64,000 bases of DNA from an uncultured Methanomicrobiales archaeon (lineage in GTDB: Archaea; Halobacteriota; Methanomicrobia; Methanomicrobiales; Methanospirillaceae). The translations under genes and the position numbers were made by a program. This document shows, piece after piece, positions 1 to 11,267 of this stretch (its first letter is position 1; each line of letters starts with the position of its first letter). Below the pieces are notes generated by a model that saw only the letters and a list, made by a program, of their open reading frames with translations, was not told where the DNA came from and did not search any database. The stretch lies in NCBI GenBank assembly GCA_963697895.1, contig OY969100.1:768001-832000 (forward strand), in the 5' to 3' direction.

Positions 1-1
1 C

Positions 2-262
2 CCGAAGACCAAAGCGGTCGTCATTATCGGGGAGGTCGGCGGATCGCTGGAAGAGGAAGGAGCACAAGCGACCGACATTCCCCTCGCTGCATATATTGCA
101 GGTGTATCGGCACCCCCCGAAAAGCGTATGGGTCATGCGGGTGCCATCATCGAAGGAGGAGAAGGAGATGCCCGTTCAAAAATATCGAGGCTCAAGCAAT
201 TGGGAGTCCCAGTGGCATCCCGCCCATCCGAGATCCCCAGGCTCATTAAAGAACTGATTTGA
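2..262 (+). CDS. sucD: Succinyl-CoA synthetase alpha subunit, C-terminal part (5' truncated by window)
   Basis: Frame 2 reads ...VIIGEVGGSLEE...YIAGVSAPPEKRMGHAGAII...IPRLIKELI*, carrying the phospho-His motif RMGHAGA; absent from ORF track. Confidence 0.92.
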   Translation, partial: PKTKAVVIIGEVGGSLEEEGAQATDIPLAAYIAGVSAPPEKRMGHAGAIIEGGEGDARSKISRLKQLGVPVASRPSEIPRLIKELI

Positions 263-270
263 CCCCTGAA

Positions 271-280
271 CCTTTTTTTT
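271..280 (+). terminator. Probable archaeal oligo-T terminator after sucD
   Basis: CCTTTTTTTT about 10 nt after the stop codon. Confidence 0.45.
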
Positions 281-352
281 AATTCGCAAATGGCCCCATC
301 TCCCAACACAAAGACATTAAGATCACCCGGTAAATAGTATGATGATTGACGA

Positions 353-1222
353 ATGGAACCTGAAGATGAGATAGAGCCGGAATTTAATGCTGATGACGAA
401 GGAGGATTGGGCAGATATCTACAACCCGGAGAAGAGCTGTTTATATCATCCGAAAATATCGGTATTAAAAAGTTCCTCTTTACCGCATGTCTTACGGACA
501 GGAGGCTCTTTCTCATCGACCAGAAAGGAGCATGCCTCGGTATAACGGCAAAGGAGATCCCGAAAGAATACATCGTAGAGAGCTATCTTGATGCACCCCC
601 GGGGACAGACCCGGTTTTGATCCTGTCGATCAAGACAGCGGACGATGAAACCCGGACGATGAAACTGGGATTCCAGCAGTCTGGTGAAGACCGGACCCCG
701 GAATGCGAGGAGTGGATGGTCTTGTTCAGGGAAGGGAAACGTGCATCCATGGATATATTCACCCCGGGGGAGACATCGGAAAAAGAGATACTTCGGAAAC
801 CGACCGCCCCTACACTAGTCTGGCCGGCAGAGCCTGCGGTTCAAACCGGATCGAAGGCTGAAGAGATACCACCATCAGCAGGGACATCAGCGCAACCGTA
901 TGTACCTGCCGTTGATATTGTTTTAAGAGAAACACCGGTTGAAAAAAGGACAAAAGGAGAAACTCCTGATGTTCCGGCAACCAGGAATCGACCGGAACAG
1001 ACGCTGAATACCGGTAATGTAGTTATGTATTGTCACCATTGCGGGAAAAAGATCCCTAAAAATGCGAATTTCTGTCCTTTCTGCGGGACTAAAACACATG
1101 ATCCCGAAAAAGGCGGGAATCCGGCATCTCTACCGAATCCGAATCTGCCTTCAGCAGTAATCGACACGAAACCGGAGAGAAGGTCATTCTGGAAGAAAGT
1201 TTTTGGAAAAGGGAAATCATAA
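353..1222 (+). CDS. Hypothetical protein with N-terminal PH-like domain, P/E/T-rich linker and C-terminal zinc ribbon
   Basis: LTDRRLFL PH-like segment; YCHHCGKKIPKNANFCPFCGT zinc ribbon. Confidence 0.75.
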   Translation: MEPEDEIEPEFNADDEGGLGRYLQPGEELFISSENIGIKKFLFTACLTDRRLFLIDQKGACLGITAKEIPKEYIVESYLDAPPGTDPVLILSIKTADDETRTMKLGFQQSGEDRTPECEEWMVLFREGKRASMDIFTPGETSEKEILRKPTAPTLVWPAEPAVQTGSKAEEIPPSAGTSAQPYVPAVDIVLRETPVEKRTKGETPDVPATRNRPEQTLNTGNVVMYCHHCGKKIPKNANFCPFCGTKTHDPEKGGNPASLPNPNLPSAVIDTKPERRSFWKKVFGKGKS

Positions 1223-1629
1223 CCTTTTTTTAGGCGACCATCCAGTTCACTGTCATCTTCATCGGACAGAACGATTCTGTGGGAGTTGGGTCGATCCTGA
1301 TCGCGCGGGACAGCGCGGAACACTGGTCTGTTCTTAATGCTTCAACCCTTTAATTCCACCACTGCAAGAAGAAGGGCAGTTGTTTGGAACCCTTTCATTT
1401 CGCTGGTGATCAGAAGAAAATTCCAGGGGATTTCCGGTTCCTATATGAGGTCCCGATTCCCCATTCGCGACCTCCGTATTTCATGTGATCCTGATAACCG
1501 CCATATATTAGGTTCCCCTACTCCATCAGGAGAGTTTATTATCCGTCAGCATCTGGGGTTCTTTTTCGATTAGTAATTTCAAAGATATTGACTCTCATAA
1601 TCTGAAACAATCATCTTGAAATAGAGGGA

Positions 1630-1670
1630 TAAAGCAATCCTTTAAATGAATTCCGACTCTTTTTATATGG
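1630..1670 (+). promoter_or_regulatory. Putative TATA boxes for the mat-his operon
   Basis: CTTTAAAT (~1640) after purine-rich BRE-like AAAG, and TTTATAT (~1662), upstream of ATG 1696. Confidence 0.45.
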
Positions 1671-1695
1671 GTACGTACGAGCACTGAGTGATTCC

Positions 1696-2898
1696 ATGCC
1701 GAGAAATATCAGAGTTGAAGCCTTGCGTCAGATTCCATTGGAACGGCAGGAGATCGAGCTGGTCGAGCGCAAGTGTCCGGGGCATCCGGACAGCCTTGCA
1801 GACGGTATTGCTGAGTCTATCAGCCAGGCACTGTCTCTCGCGTATATCGAAGAATGCGGAGGGATCCTCCATCACAATACAGATCAAGGCGAGATCGTGG
1901 CAGGGGAATCGATGCCCCGGTACGGAGGAGGAAAGATCATTCGCCCCATCTACATTCTCCTCGATGGGAGGGCGACAAAGAACTTTAACCATTTCAACAT
2001 TCCCACCGATTCGATTGCGGTCGAAGCTGCCCGTAAGTATCTTCGATCCGTACTTCCGGAGCTGAATCTTGAACGGGATGTGATCGTTGATTGCAAACTG
2101 GGAACGGGATCAACGGATCTTCGTGACGTGTTCCGGCCTTGTGATACGAAGGTCCCACGGGCAAATGATACCTCATTTGGCGTAGGACATGCTCCATTCA
2201 GCGAAACCGAGAGCATAATAAAAGCGGTAAGCGCGTTTATCGATGTCGAGCTCCGTCCGAAATATCCGGTATTTGGACAGGATATTAAGATTATGGGGCT
2301 CCGTGACAAGGATACAATCACACTGACCATCGCCTGTGCAATGGTTGACCGATACTGCTCGGATCTCGCTGAATATCGCGAATATAAAGAAATCATGCAG
2401 CATGAACTCCGTAAAGTTGCAGAAAAGATTAGTGACCGTGATATTCATGTTGTGGTAAATACTGCCGATGATCTCGATCGGGGCATTGTATACCTGACGG
2501 TCACCGGAACATCCGCTGAGATGGGGGATGACGGATCTGTCGGTCGGGGAAACAGGTGCAATGGTCTTATAACCCCGAACAGGCCGATGAGCATGGAGGC
2601 AACCAGTGGGAAGAACCCGATCAACCATATCGGAAAGTTATACAATCTTCTTTCTACGCAGCTTGCAATGGAATGTGCCGGGAAGATCGGAGGAATTGAG
2701 GAATTGTACGTCCGGCTACTTTCCCAAATCGGACAACCCATCGATCATCCGTTAGTGGCAAGTGTGCAGGTTCTGACCAGGCCAGAAGTAGAACTTTCTC
2801 AGATCCGACGGGATATCGAATCCGTTATCGATGACGGGCTGGAGAATATTACCTGCATGACCGAGAAGATTATACGTGGTGAGATCGATACGTTCTGA
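1696..2898 (+). CDS. mat: S-adenosylmethionine synthetase (archaeal type)
   Basis: [45 protein letters not shown] motifs. Confidence 0.96.
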   Translation: MPRNIRVEALRQIPLERQEIELVERKCPGHPDSLADGIAESISQALSLAYIEECGGILHHNTDQGEIVAGESMPRYGGGKIIRPIYILLDGRATKNFNHFNIPTDSIAVEAARKYLRSVLPELNLERDVIVDCKLGTGSTDLRDVFRPCDTKVPRANDTSFGVGHAPFSETESIIKAVSAFIDVELRPKYPVFGQDIKIMGLRDKDTITLTIACAMVDRYCSDLAEYREYKEIMQHELRKVAEKISDRDIHVVVNTADDLDRGIVYLTVTGTSAEMGDDGSVGRGNRCNGLITPNRPMSMEATSGKNPINHIGKLYNLLSTQLAMECAGKIGGIEELYVRLLSQIGQPIDHPLVASVQVLTRPEVELSQIRRDIESVIDDGLENITCMTEKIIRGEIDTF

Positions 2899-3814
2899 TT
2901 CTGAATCCCTGTCTGAAAATCTCGAGACGAAGGGGGATTGGGCAATTGGGTCCTCCTGCGTCAGACTGGCAATTCCAAACAAAGGAAGAATAGCCATACC
3001 GATCAGGGATCTTTTGGAAAAAAGCGGGCTTCATCTCATCGACAACGGCGAGAGGCGACTGATCAGCGCCACTGTCGACCCGGAGGTCGAGGTATTGTTT
3101 GCACGGCCGGTGGACATCCCGGAATATGTCACAAATGGTGCGGCAGATATCGGGATCACCGGTCATGACATGGTGCTGGAACGCTGTGCAGATGTTGAAG
3201 AATTGCTCGATCTCCAGTTGGGCAGAGCCACCCTTGTCCTTGCGGTTCAAGAGGACTCCCCTGCAGAACAGGTTTCGGACCTGGGAGGATCGAGGATCGC
3301 CACGGAATTTCCGATGATAACCCGGAATTACTTCAGGGAACGCGGTCTGTCGGTAACTGTTTTCCCAGTCGGCGGCGCATGTGAAGTGACTCCTCACCTC
3401 GGCATTGCAGAAGCGATCGTCGATCTCACCAGTTCGGGCAACACGCTCCGACAGAACCGGCTCCGGATCCTGGACAGGATACTCGAGACGAGCACGGTAC
3501 TTATCGCAAACCATGATGCGCGGTTAAGAAAATCACAGAAAATTGAGGAGATCTGCCTTGCACTCGAAAGTGTGATTCGCGCCAGGGGACAATGCTACCT
3601 TATGATGAATGTAAAGCGTTCCGCCTTGGATTCAATCAGAAGGGAATTGCCGGGGCTTTCAGGGCCAACCGTGATGGAAGTTGCATCCGCCGAGGACCTG
3701 GTCGCAGTCCATGCCGTTGTTGGTGAGCAACAGGTATACCGCCTGATCAACGCCCTCAAAAGAGCCGGGGCTAAGGACATTCTTGTGATGCCCATCGAAC
3801 GGATGATCAGGTGA
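2876..3814 (+). CDS. hisG: ATP phosphoribosyltransferase, long form (start uncertain)
   Basis: [33 protein letters not shown]; C-terminal regulatory domain. Confidence 0.95.
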   Translation: MVRSIRSDSESLSENLETKGDWAIGSSCVRLAIPNKGRIAIPIRDLLEKSGLHLIDNGERRLISATVDPEVEVLFARPVDIPEYVTNGAADIGITGHDMVLERCADVEELLDLQLGRATLVLAVQEDSPAEQVSDLGGSRIATEFPMITRNYFRERGLSVTVFPVGGACEVTPHLGIAEAIVDLTSSGNTLRQNRLRILDRILETSTVLIANHDARLRKSQKIEEICLALESVIRARGQCYLMMNVKRSALDSIRRELPGLSGPTVMEVASAEDLVAVHAVVGEQQVYRLINALKRAGAKDILVMPIERMIR

Positions 3815-3818
3815 AGGT

Positions 3819-4529
3819 ATGAAGATATTTCCTGCAGTTGACATTCTCGAAGGAAAGTGTGTTCAGCTTGTACAGGGAAGACCAGAAACCGCAACGATCT
3901 ATGGTGATCCGGTGCTCGCCGCGAAACGATGGATTTATGAAGGGGCCGGCGCACTCCATGTAATAAATCTGGATGGTGCATTCGGAAGATCGGATAAAAA
4001 TGCAGCTCTAATCCGGGAATTGATCCGCGAGACCGGAGTGAAGATCCAGATCGGCGGGGGTATCCGGACAATGACAGATGCTGCAGAATGGATCCGTATC
4101 GGGGTCGAACGGGTTATTCTTGGGACGCTCGCGGTCCGTTCACCCGATATCATTCGTTCCCTCGCAGAAGAATTCGGATCCTACCGGGTGATGGCCAGTG
4201 TAGACGCACGAGGCGGTCGGGTTGCCATCGAGGGGTGGCAACAGTTGGGAGGGGATTTTATCGAATTTGCCCATCTTTTCGAGGAAATGGGGGCAGGCTC
4301 GATTCTCTACACGAACGTGGATATCGAGGGGCTGCAAGGAGGCGTTAAAATGGATCCGGTGCGGAGGCTGATCCGGGAAACACGGTTACCGTTAACCGTC
4401 GCGGGAGGGATTTCTTCGAAAGAAGATCTTATCGCACTCCGCGATGCCGGAGTAGATGGAGCGGTTCTTGGTTCGGCACTCTATAGCGGCCGGTTACCTT
4501 TGCGTGAGGCACTCGAGGTAGGCATATGA
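3819..4529 (+). CDS. hisA: ProFAR isomerase
   Basis: [31 protein letters not shown] motifs; his operon context. Confidence 0.95.
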   Translation: MKIFPAVDILEGKCVQLVQGRPETATIYGDPVLAAKRWIYEGAGALHVINLDGAFGRSDKNAALIRELIRETGVKIQIGGGIRTMTDAAEWIRIGVERVILGTLAVRSPDIIRSLAEEFGSYRVMASVDARGGRVAIEGWQQLGGDFIEFAHLFEEMGAGSILYTNVDIEGLQGGVKMDPVRRLIRETRLPLTVAGGISSKEDLIALRDAGVDGAVLGSALYSGRLPLREALEVGI

Positions 4530-5110
4530 GACGGAGTGAATTGAATCGGAAAACAGGGGAGACCCATATCCGGGTCGTTCTCGATTTTGACAGCACAGGA
4601 AACAGTGAGATCAGAACAGGAATTCCTTTTTTTGACCACATGCTGTACGCGGCCGCATATCATGGCGGGTTTGACCTCGTCTGCCAGGCGCAGGGTGATC
4701 TAGAGGTTGACTACCACCATACGGTCGAGGATGTCGGGATCGTTCTGGGAGATGCGATAAAATTGGCTGTCAACGGCGGAAGGGGAATGAAACGGTTTGC
4801 ACACGCAATCGTGCCAATGGATGAAGCACTTGCCACGGTTGCACTCGATTGCGGCGGACGGGGATACCTCGTGTATCGGGGCCGTTTCAATGGCGCCCTG
4901 GTCGGGGGAATGGACCGGGACATCTTCGAACATTTCTTCTATAGTATGTGTACGCATGGCGGGATAACGGCACATTTCAACTTTGAGGGTAGAAATGATC
5001 ACCATCAATGCGAGGCGATATTCAAGGCATTTGGCCTCGCTCTCGGGGATTCAGTATCAATCAAACCAGGCCGGCCCGACGAGATCCCCAGCACAAAAGG
5101 AGTGTTGTAA
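4526..5110 (+). CDS. hisB: Imidazoleglycerol-phosphate dehydratase
   Basis: [35 protein letters not shown]. Confidence 0.96.
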   Translation: MRRSELNRKTGETHIRVVLDFDSTGNSEIRTGIPFFDHMLYAAAYHGGFDLVCQAQGDLEVDYHHTVEDVGIVLGDAIKLAVNGGRGMKRFAHAIVPMDEALATVALDCGGRGYLVYRGRFNGALVGGMDRDIFEHFFYSMCTHGGITAHFNFEGRNDHHQCEAIFKAFGLALGDSVSIKPGRPDEIPSTKGVL

Positions 5111-5144
5111 TCCGGTCCGGCATTAAAATACAGATTGAAGTTTC

Positions 5145-5531
5145 TTATAGATTACTGGCGGAAGACTGACCGTGGAGAATTTTGGAAATGGCTTCACGCG
5201 CCGCCACCCTGACAAAGCAGTTTTCATCACTGCAGGTCATCCTGAGCGGTTCAAGGGCACGGATATCCCCCAGATTTCCGATGGCTTCGGCCGTCACGTA
5301 GCGGATATCATAATCTCTATCTGATAATAGTGTGACCAGATGATCGTATGATCGTCGATCCCGGGTAGATCCAAGACCAGAAATCGCCGCGATGCGAATT
5401 CGTTTGTTCTGATCTCCGAGGGCCAGCATCAGGTCTTCCACGAAAGGCTGGCCGACGGTCCCGGGATCGGGATCTGGTTTGACGATGTTATGCCCGGTCT
5501 TTTCCGTCAATTGCTGCATATTCAACGGCAT
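5145..5531 (-). CDS. HEAT-repeat (PBS lyase-like) protein
   Basis: Three repeats of the L.D....IR..A...LG type. Confidence 0.8.
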   Translation of the reverse strand: MPLNMQQLTEKTGHNIVKPDPDPGTVGQPFVEDLMLALGDQNKRIRIAAISGLGSTRDRRSYDHLVTLLSDRDYDIRYVTAEAIGNLGDIRALEPLRMTCSDENCFVRVAAREAISKILHGQSSASNL

Positions 5532-5728
5532 CTCCCCCCAACCTTCTTTTAGAAGGATGATAGACCGTTGTTTTCACAATTTAAGAAAATTCGCCCGTCA
5601 GATCTGCATGGCAAATATTTAATAATAAGAATTGATCAGCAAACCAGTTGTTCCCAATAAAAGGATGAAATTAGTACCGATTGAAGAAAACAACAAAATC
5701 AGAACTTATTCAAAGAAAAGAAGTGAAT

Positions 5729-5935
5729 TCAGGCGGACTTTGCCGCGAGTTCAACGTCCTCTTCCTTGATGGTCTTCCTTCCAGCATGCATTGCAAGCCT
5801 GTTTGCCTCTTTGGTGAGGTTTGCAATGTAGTCTTCAGCTTTTCCCACGAGAGCAGCAGCAGCATCGCTTCCGACTCTCTCTGCGCCATTCTTCTTTGCA
5901 ATTCTTACAACTGCAGCAATAGGTAAATCTGCCAT
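5729..5935 (-). CDS. Archaeal histone (HMf family)
   Basis: MADLPIAAVVRIAK...GAERV...HAGRKTIKEEDV, 68 aa histone fold. Confidence 0.96.
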   Translation of the reverse strand: MADLPIAAVVRIAKKNGAERVGSDAAAALVGKAEDYIANLTKEANRLAMHAGRKTIKEEDVELAAKSA

Positions 5936-5965
5936 TTATATTACCTCAATCAAAAGTGTATCAGC

Positions 5966-5985
5966 AACTATATAAATGTTTCTGG
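5966..5985 (-). promoter_or_regulatory. BRE/TATA promoter of the histone gene
   Basis: Minus strand reads CAGAAACATTTATATAG; SD-like GAGGT precedes the ATG. Confidence 0.6.
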
Positions 5986-6131
5986 AATATGGTCCAAATT
6001 TTTGTTGATTGCCTTATCGGTGGACACTCTGAAGCTTTAATAGATCGATCGGGAAGAGCGCTGGAAGCATGATCAAAAGGGTATAAAATAACTCTTGTTT
6101 CCATAAAAAAGCAAATAATCCCGTAGAATAA

Positions 6132-6878
6132 TTATTTTGCAAGCAAATCAGCAAGCATTAAAGCATTCGTATAATCTGGTGAGGCGCGCGAGGTATCCAC
6201 AAAAATTCTGCCGACATTCACCACAGGGGCGCCGTGTGTTCTGCCAGATCCAAGAAAGATCAATGTTCGGAAGATCAAATTGCCGGTAATACCGTCCGGT
6301 GCTATGATAATACCGCAATCCTGGATTGCTCCCTCAATCAATATCTCATAATGTGTTGCATCCCCGAGCCGGGCAACCAGCACCCCCATGGCAAGACTCG
6401 TGTCTACAGCGGGATAACGCCCGATATCTCCATACCGGCCACCCGAGAGAACCCCTACCCTGTCCGGAAGACCGAGACGTTCGGCAATTGCCTTTCCTCC
6501 ACGGATCAAACTGAGTTTCTCCGATACTGTCCATCCTTCATCAACCCCGACCGGACCAAGGAGAAATTTCCTTCCTCCCGCTGTTTCGAGGAGGGCAATC
6601 CGTTCCAGGTGATCGACCCCTGCAGCCTGCCGCAGACGCTGAAGAGTAGTATTGGCAGTGAATGTACCACGAACTGCCGCATTGATCCGGCCGGTTATCA
6701 GGTCTTTGATCAACTGATCTTCCGGGCTGGCATGCTCTATAACGGGAATATTCCCGACCCCCCGGCCTATGGTTCCGGGCCGGCTATAGCAAATGATCTC
6801 CGCAGACAGGCGTGATTTTTGTATACTATCAAGAACCCTCTCTGCCTCCCCGGCAACACCGATACCGATCTTTTTCAT
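6132..6878 (-). CDS. mtxX: Methanogenesis marker protein 4 (MtxX family)
   Basis: AAVRGT, PVGVDEG, VLSGGR, APDGITGNLIFR, VDTSR motifs. Confidence 0.88.
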   Translation of the reverse strand: MKKIGIGVAGEAERVLDSIQKSRLSAEIICYSRPGTIGRGVGNIPVIEHASPEDQLIKDLITGRINAAVRGTFTANTTLQRLRQAAGVDHLERIALLETAGGRKFLLGPVGVDEGWTVSEKLSLIRGGKAIAERLGLPDRVGVLSGGRYGDIGRYPAVDTSLAMGVLVARLGDATHYEILIEGAIQDCGIIIAPDGITGNLIFRTLIFLGSGRTHGAPVVNVGRIFVDTSRASPDYTNALMLADLLAK

Positions 6879-7891
6879 GGACAGGATCCCGGACCGGTGA
6901 ATAACCCCATGATACCATTATGGGTGAAATCGAAGACTGATGAATCTTCTCCACGATAAGTGATCCGCAACTCACGACTGTCGTCTACTGTCCCTATGCA
7001 TCGTGCTGTCATACCAACGCGGGCAAACCGACTGCATATCTCATCAAGGTGTTCTTCCCGGGCAGTCAGAATGAACCCCATTCCAGGATACATACGCACC
7101 CATTGTTCAAAGGTCAACCCGTGACATTCCATATCCGGCCGGGGTATTGCATCCAGATCGATTGTCGCGCCCTTTCCGCTTACTTCCAGGAGCATTCCCA
7201 GTGTCCCGATAATTCCCGGGTTACTGATGTCTTTTCCGGCCGTTACGAGGTGTTCCCGCCCGAGCTCCTCAAGGAGACGTATCTGTCTGCGGACCTGTTC
7301 CGAAGATTTCATCGTGACCGAGTCCCAGTTCAGGATACACGAGGGATGCACGCGCCCGTCGATATCTATCGCGGCCACGACCCGATTCCCCCTCTCCGCC
7401 GTATGACTGTAGATCACGGAATCACGCTTCGCTATGCCAAGGATTGCAACATCAATCACGCTGTAGGGAGTATCCGGATGCAGATGTCCTCCCACGATCG
7501 GTACATTGAACTGGAGCGATGCATCATGCATCCCTTCGATCACCTTCTTTTCGATCTCCGGATTTGCAATAGAGAGAACATCGACCATTGCAATGGGCTT
7601 TCCCCCCATTGCCGCGATATCATGAATATTAACCAGAACAGAACAATATCCCGCCCAATAGGGATCCGCCTCCATGAGCCTGCTCCATATCCCGTCCGCA
7701 GCAAGAAGAAGGGCTTCGTCATCATGGCTGATAACCGCTGCATCCTCACCGAACGAAGCAATAACATCAGGGGCATCGATACGTATCGCTTTGACCATTT
7801 CTCCAATGGCATGTTTTCGTCGTACACCTTCGTATTCCCTGACGACGGTTGCAATTCGTGCGGTGGAGCAGCTGTTGACCAAGGTATTCAC
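6875..7891 (-). CDS. Methanogenesis marker protein 2 (AIR synthase/SelD-like)
   Basis: FGEDAAVI, LVNIHDIAAMGG, VGGHLHPD, KDISNPG. Confidence 0.88.
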   Translation of the reverse strand: MNTLVNSCSTARIATVVREYEGVRRKHAIGEMVKAIRIDAPDVIASFGEDAAVISHDDEALLLAADGIWSRLMEADPYWAGYCSVLVNIHDIAAMGGKPIAMVDVLSIANPEIEKKVIEGMHDASLQFNVPIVGGHLHPDTPYSVIDVAILGIAKRDSVIYSHTAERGNRVVAAIDIDGRVHPSCILNWDSVTMKSSEQVRRQIRLLEELGREHLVTAGKDISNPGIIGTLGMLLEVSGKGATIDLDAIPRPDMECHGLTFEQWVRMYPGMGFILTAREEHLDEICSRFARVGMTARCIGTVDDSRELRITYRGEDSSVFDFTHNGIMGLFTGPGSCP

Positions 7892-7969
7892 CGACTCTGA
7901 AAAAGTCTGTTTAGGTTATCTCTCTTCATCAGACATAATTTATTTGATTAGCGGAGCCGATCTGTCTCT

Positions 7970-9346
7970 ATGGACTGGGCGGAAAAATACCGTCCCCAAC
8001 GGCTTGATGAAGTTGTAGGAAACTCCCCTGCTCTTCGCCGGATGTATGAGTGGGGAATTTTCTGGACGCGGAAATCCCCCCCTCTCATCCTGTATGGGAA
8101 ACCGGGCACAGGAAAGACCTCGAGCGCTCACGCACTTGCCGTGGATATGGGATGGGAGGTAATTGAACTCAATGCAAGCGATCAGCGAACAAAAGCAGTG
8201 ATAGAAAGGATTGCGGGTATCAGCAGTATGACCGGAAGCCTCATGGGAGCATCCAGAAAGCTGATCATCCTTGACGAAGCGGATAACCTGCAGGGCACCG
8301 CAGACCGGGGAGGCGCACGGGCAATCATCGATGTGATCCGTAAGGCGCAGCAACCGATCATCCTGATTGCAAATGATCTCCATGATCTTGCAGCGGAGCT
8401 GCGATCGCAGTGCGAACCGGTCCAGTTTCGTGCACTCCAGGCACGCTCAATCGCCCCCCGGTTGCGATTTATATGTGCATCGGAAGGAATACAATGCACT
8501 GATACCGCTCTGCGGGAACTGTCTGAAGTTGCCAGGGGCGATATGCGCCAGGCAATTAACACGCTCTATGCATCGGCGATTGGAAGAACTACACTCGATG
8601 AATCACAGATCCGTGTTTCCCGGAAAGATGAGAGATCAACGATATTCGATCTGGTAGCCGCGGTTTTTGGCGCGAAACCGGGCGACGAGTTGCTGCAGAT
8701 CTCATATGAAGTAGACGAGACCCCCGACACAATAGAACAGTGGCTTGAGGCGAATGTCCACCATATTCATGATCATGTCAGCATTACACAGGCATACCAA
8801 TGCCTGTCCAGGGCTGATGAATACATCGGTTACACCTACCGCCAGCAACACTACACACTCTGGCGGTATGCGACCACATTGATGCTCCTGGGAGTCTCCC
8901 GTGCGTCTAGGGCATGCGGCATCCATGCCCGGATAACAATACCGGCGCGATGGAAGCGGATGGCCGGGTACAGAAAACAGAAATCGGTCAGATCGGCTCT
9001 GACGACCCGACTTGCGGAAATACTTCATATGGCACAGCATACTCTGCGAGAAGGTTACACGGATATGATCGCGTCCCTTATCGACCGTGATCCGTTCAGT
9101 TATGTTGAAGAGTTCGAAATGGATGCAGAGGAATTAACCCTGTTCATTCATGATAAAAGCCGGGCCAGTGAGACCATGAAACAGCTCGCTTTCCGTGAGG
9201 AACAGAGGGAAAAGCAAAAAAAAGAGCAGGAAAAGGCCCGGCAAAAAGAGGAGAAACGAAGGGAGAAGGAACGGACGAGCGTTTCCCCGCCGGATTCCGA
9301 TAAAAAGAGAACTGAGCGGCGTCAGGCGACTCTCGATGGGTTCTGA
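7970..9346 (+). CDS. rfcL: Replication factor C large subunit
   Basis: WAEKYRP, Walker [24 protein letters not shown]; C-terminal PIP-like QATLDGF. Confidence 0.95.
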   Translation: MDWAEKYRPQRLDEVVGNSPALRRMYEWGIFWTRKSPPLILYGKPGTGKTSSAHALAVDMGWEVIELNASDQRTKAVIERIAGISSMTGSLMGASRKLIILDEADNLQGTADRGGARAIIDVIRKAQQPIILIANDLHDLAAELRSQCEPVQFRALQARSIAPRLRFICASEGIQCTDTALRELSEVARGDMRQAINTLYASAIGRTTLDESQIRVSRKDERSTIFDLVAAVFGAKPGDELLQISYEVDETPDTIEQWLEANVHHIHDHVSITQAYQCLSRADEYIGYTYRQQHYTLWRYATTLMLLGVSRASRACGIHARITIPARWKRMAGYRKQKSVRSALTTRLAEILHMAQHTLREGYTDMIASLIDRDPFSYVEEFEMDAEELTLFIHDKSRASETMKQLAFREEQREKQKKEQEKARQKEEKRREKERTSVSPPDSDKKRTERRQATLDGF

Positions 9347-9738
9347 CGGTGATAGTAGTGCAGGATGACTCCACAGTCGATCAGCTCCCCGCCGTCCCCG
9401 TACCATTCGAATCCCAGGTGATATACGAGCAGATCGGCATTGACCAGACTGGCAAGGGCGATGAGTGGAGCTATCATCTCTTCTCCCGGGCGGATTGCAT
9501 AAAGAAGATCTGCATGTTCGTAGATTCGCAGATCAGGTTTGCATATATCATCGCAGAAAAATGAGAGACTGCCGGGGAGTACGCTCGGCAGGATATCCGT
9601 GCAACAGATTTCTGTTCCCGCCCCCCGTATAATCTCGGCGGCTGTCGTGTTACCCCCCACTCCGATCTCCACTACACGCCGGTATTTATCTGCAATATAC
9701 CTGCCGATATGCCGTTCAATATATTTATCCCCGGCCAT
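9322..9738 (-). CDS. UPF0146 family protein
   Basis: [26 protein letters not shown]; probable start ATG 9738 (ORF track over-extends). Confidence 0.82.
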   Translation of the reverse strand: MAGDKYIERHIGRYIADKYRRVVEIGVGGNTTAAEIIRGAGTEICCTDILPSVLPGSLSFFCDDICKPDLRIYEHADLLYAIRPGEEMIAPLIALASLVNADLLVYHLGFEWYGDGGELIDCGVILHYYHRQNPSRVA

Positions 9739-9756
9739 TGCAGAACATATTAGTTG

Positions 9757-10296
9757 ATGTTTGCCCTTATTTTTTGGGATTCTACCGCACCGGGCGGTAT
9801 TGAACTTCCGGTATTGCGAACAATCACTGCGATCATCGGTATTCCGGCGAAGGTGACAGGGAGCTGTATACTCCTGGATGGGTTTGTAGGAGCGCGAAAA
9901 CAGATTGACGCAAAAGTAGTTCTTGATAGTATGGAGATCTACACGCACCGCACAGGATTCAGTCATCCTCTCCTCCTGGTAATCGGGCAGGATCTCTTCC
10001 GTGACGGAACCCCATCTCTCTTCGGGCTCGCACGACCGGAAACGGGTGTTGCGGTGATCTCCACCGCACGCCTTTCCAACGAGTTTTATGGTCTGTACCA
10101 GAACGATGAGGAATTTATAAATCGGATATCCAGGGAAGGCGCTCATGAGATCGGGCACCTTTTCGGTCTCGGACATTGTTCAGATCCGGAATGTGTCATG
10201 TTCAACCCCTGCACCCTTGACGAGCTGGATCGGAAGAGGAATCAGTTCTGTCAATCGTGTAAGCGGGCAATAGAGAGTGCGATCGCGCAGTCTTAA
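9757..10296 (+). CDS. Archaemetzincin (peptidase M54)
   Basis: HEIGHLFGLGHC...CVM Met-turn, FCQSC second Zn site. Confidence 0.9.
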   Translation: MFALIFWDSTAPGGIELPVLRTITAIIGIPAKVTGSCILLDGFVGARKQIDAKVVLDSMEIYTHRTGFSHPLLLVIGQDLFRDGTPSLFGLARPETGVAVISTARLSNEFYGLYQNDEEFINRISREGAHEIGHLFGLGHCSDPECVMFNPCTLDELDRKRNQFCQSCKRAIESAIAQS

Positions 10297-10554
10297 ATGA
10301 GAATTGAACGATATCTCTTTTTCGGAGTTTTTTTACAGTCTTTTCGTGACCCGGCCTATTTATCGACCGGTATCTGGAAGACCGTACGTTGTTTATTTCC
10401 ATTACAATTTACAAATATCGGATGTTTCAGAAACATAATTGCGATATCATATTTTCGGGTTTCATTGCCAAAATCTGGCATTCCACTAGGATTAAAATCT
10501 TTCGGCGCCCTTAAAATGAGCGGCGCTGATCTCTCAAGAACCCTTAAGATTCTG

Positions 10555-11262
10555 TCATTCCGGGATAGTGGTGACAATCCGCTCTTTATCAAGGAATCTG
10601 GTCAGGTATCCTGTGATCAGAAGCAGCAGCACCGCAAGGAAGAACAGGGAAACAAGAACCTGCCAGCTGATGATGAACGATGCCCCAAGCAGTTCGCGGG
10701 TAAATGTGATGAGCAGGATCAGGGCGAAGATAATCCCGAAATTGAGGATCTGATTTTCACGCATCCCAAGAAGGAGCTGGGAAAAGCCAATCAATCCGGC
10801 GGCCGATGCGATAAACAGGGGAACGATAAGGAATATATGTAAGAATATCAGGAATCCTGGGAGGATTAGGGCTCCGTTGGCGGCGGACGCCCCTCCGATT
10901 ATCAATGTGGCCGCAAGAAGCGTCAGCAGATATGCCGGTATCGTTACCCCGAGCACTTTACCTATCCATATCCTGCGAAGGGAAAGCGGTGTACAGAGGA
11001 GTGTCTCGATGACGTGCTCCTGTTTCTCCCGGAAAAATGCCTGCCCCGTAAAGATATACCCAATAAAAATCCCGAGTGTAAGCACCAGGTAAAATCCCAG
11101 CTGATCGATGCTATTGCCTGCATTACCAGGTTGGTCTGCTCCGAACGCAGGTGCAGATACAAACCCGAAGACAACGACAAAGAGGAATGCCGAGATGAGA
11201 ACATTCCTCGAACGGACGATCTGCTGGATCTCCTTTCTGGCAACAACAAGGATATCATTCAT
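10555..11262 (-). CDS. ABC-2 type transporter permease
   Basis: VARKE start, REKQEHVIETLLCTPLS...IWIGK signature, about six TM segments. Confidence 0.85.
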   Translation of the reverse strand: MNDILVVARKEIQQIVRSRNVLISAFLFVVVFGFVSAPAFGADQPGNAGNSIDQLGFYLVLTLGIFIGYIFTGQAFFREKQEHVIETLLCTPLSLRRIWIGKVLGVTIPAYLLTLLAATLIIGGASAANGALILPGFLIFLHIFLIVPLFIASAAGLIGFSQLLLGMRENQILNFGIIFALILLITFTRELLGASFIISWQVLVSLFFLAVLLLLITGYLTRFLDKERIVTTIPE

Positions 11263-11267
11263 GGCGA

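Noticed and set aside
9739-10176. N-terminal extensions in the ORF track (UPF0146, ABC ATPase to 12506, polB to 45179, echC, pyrK, DUF2703)
   Set aside because: They overlap neighbouring real genes, and the family sequence begins at downstream starts.
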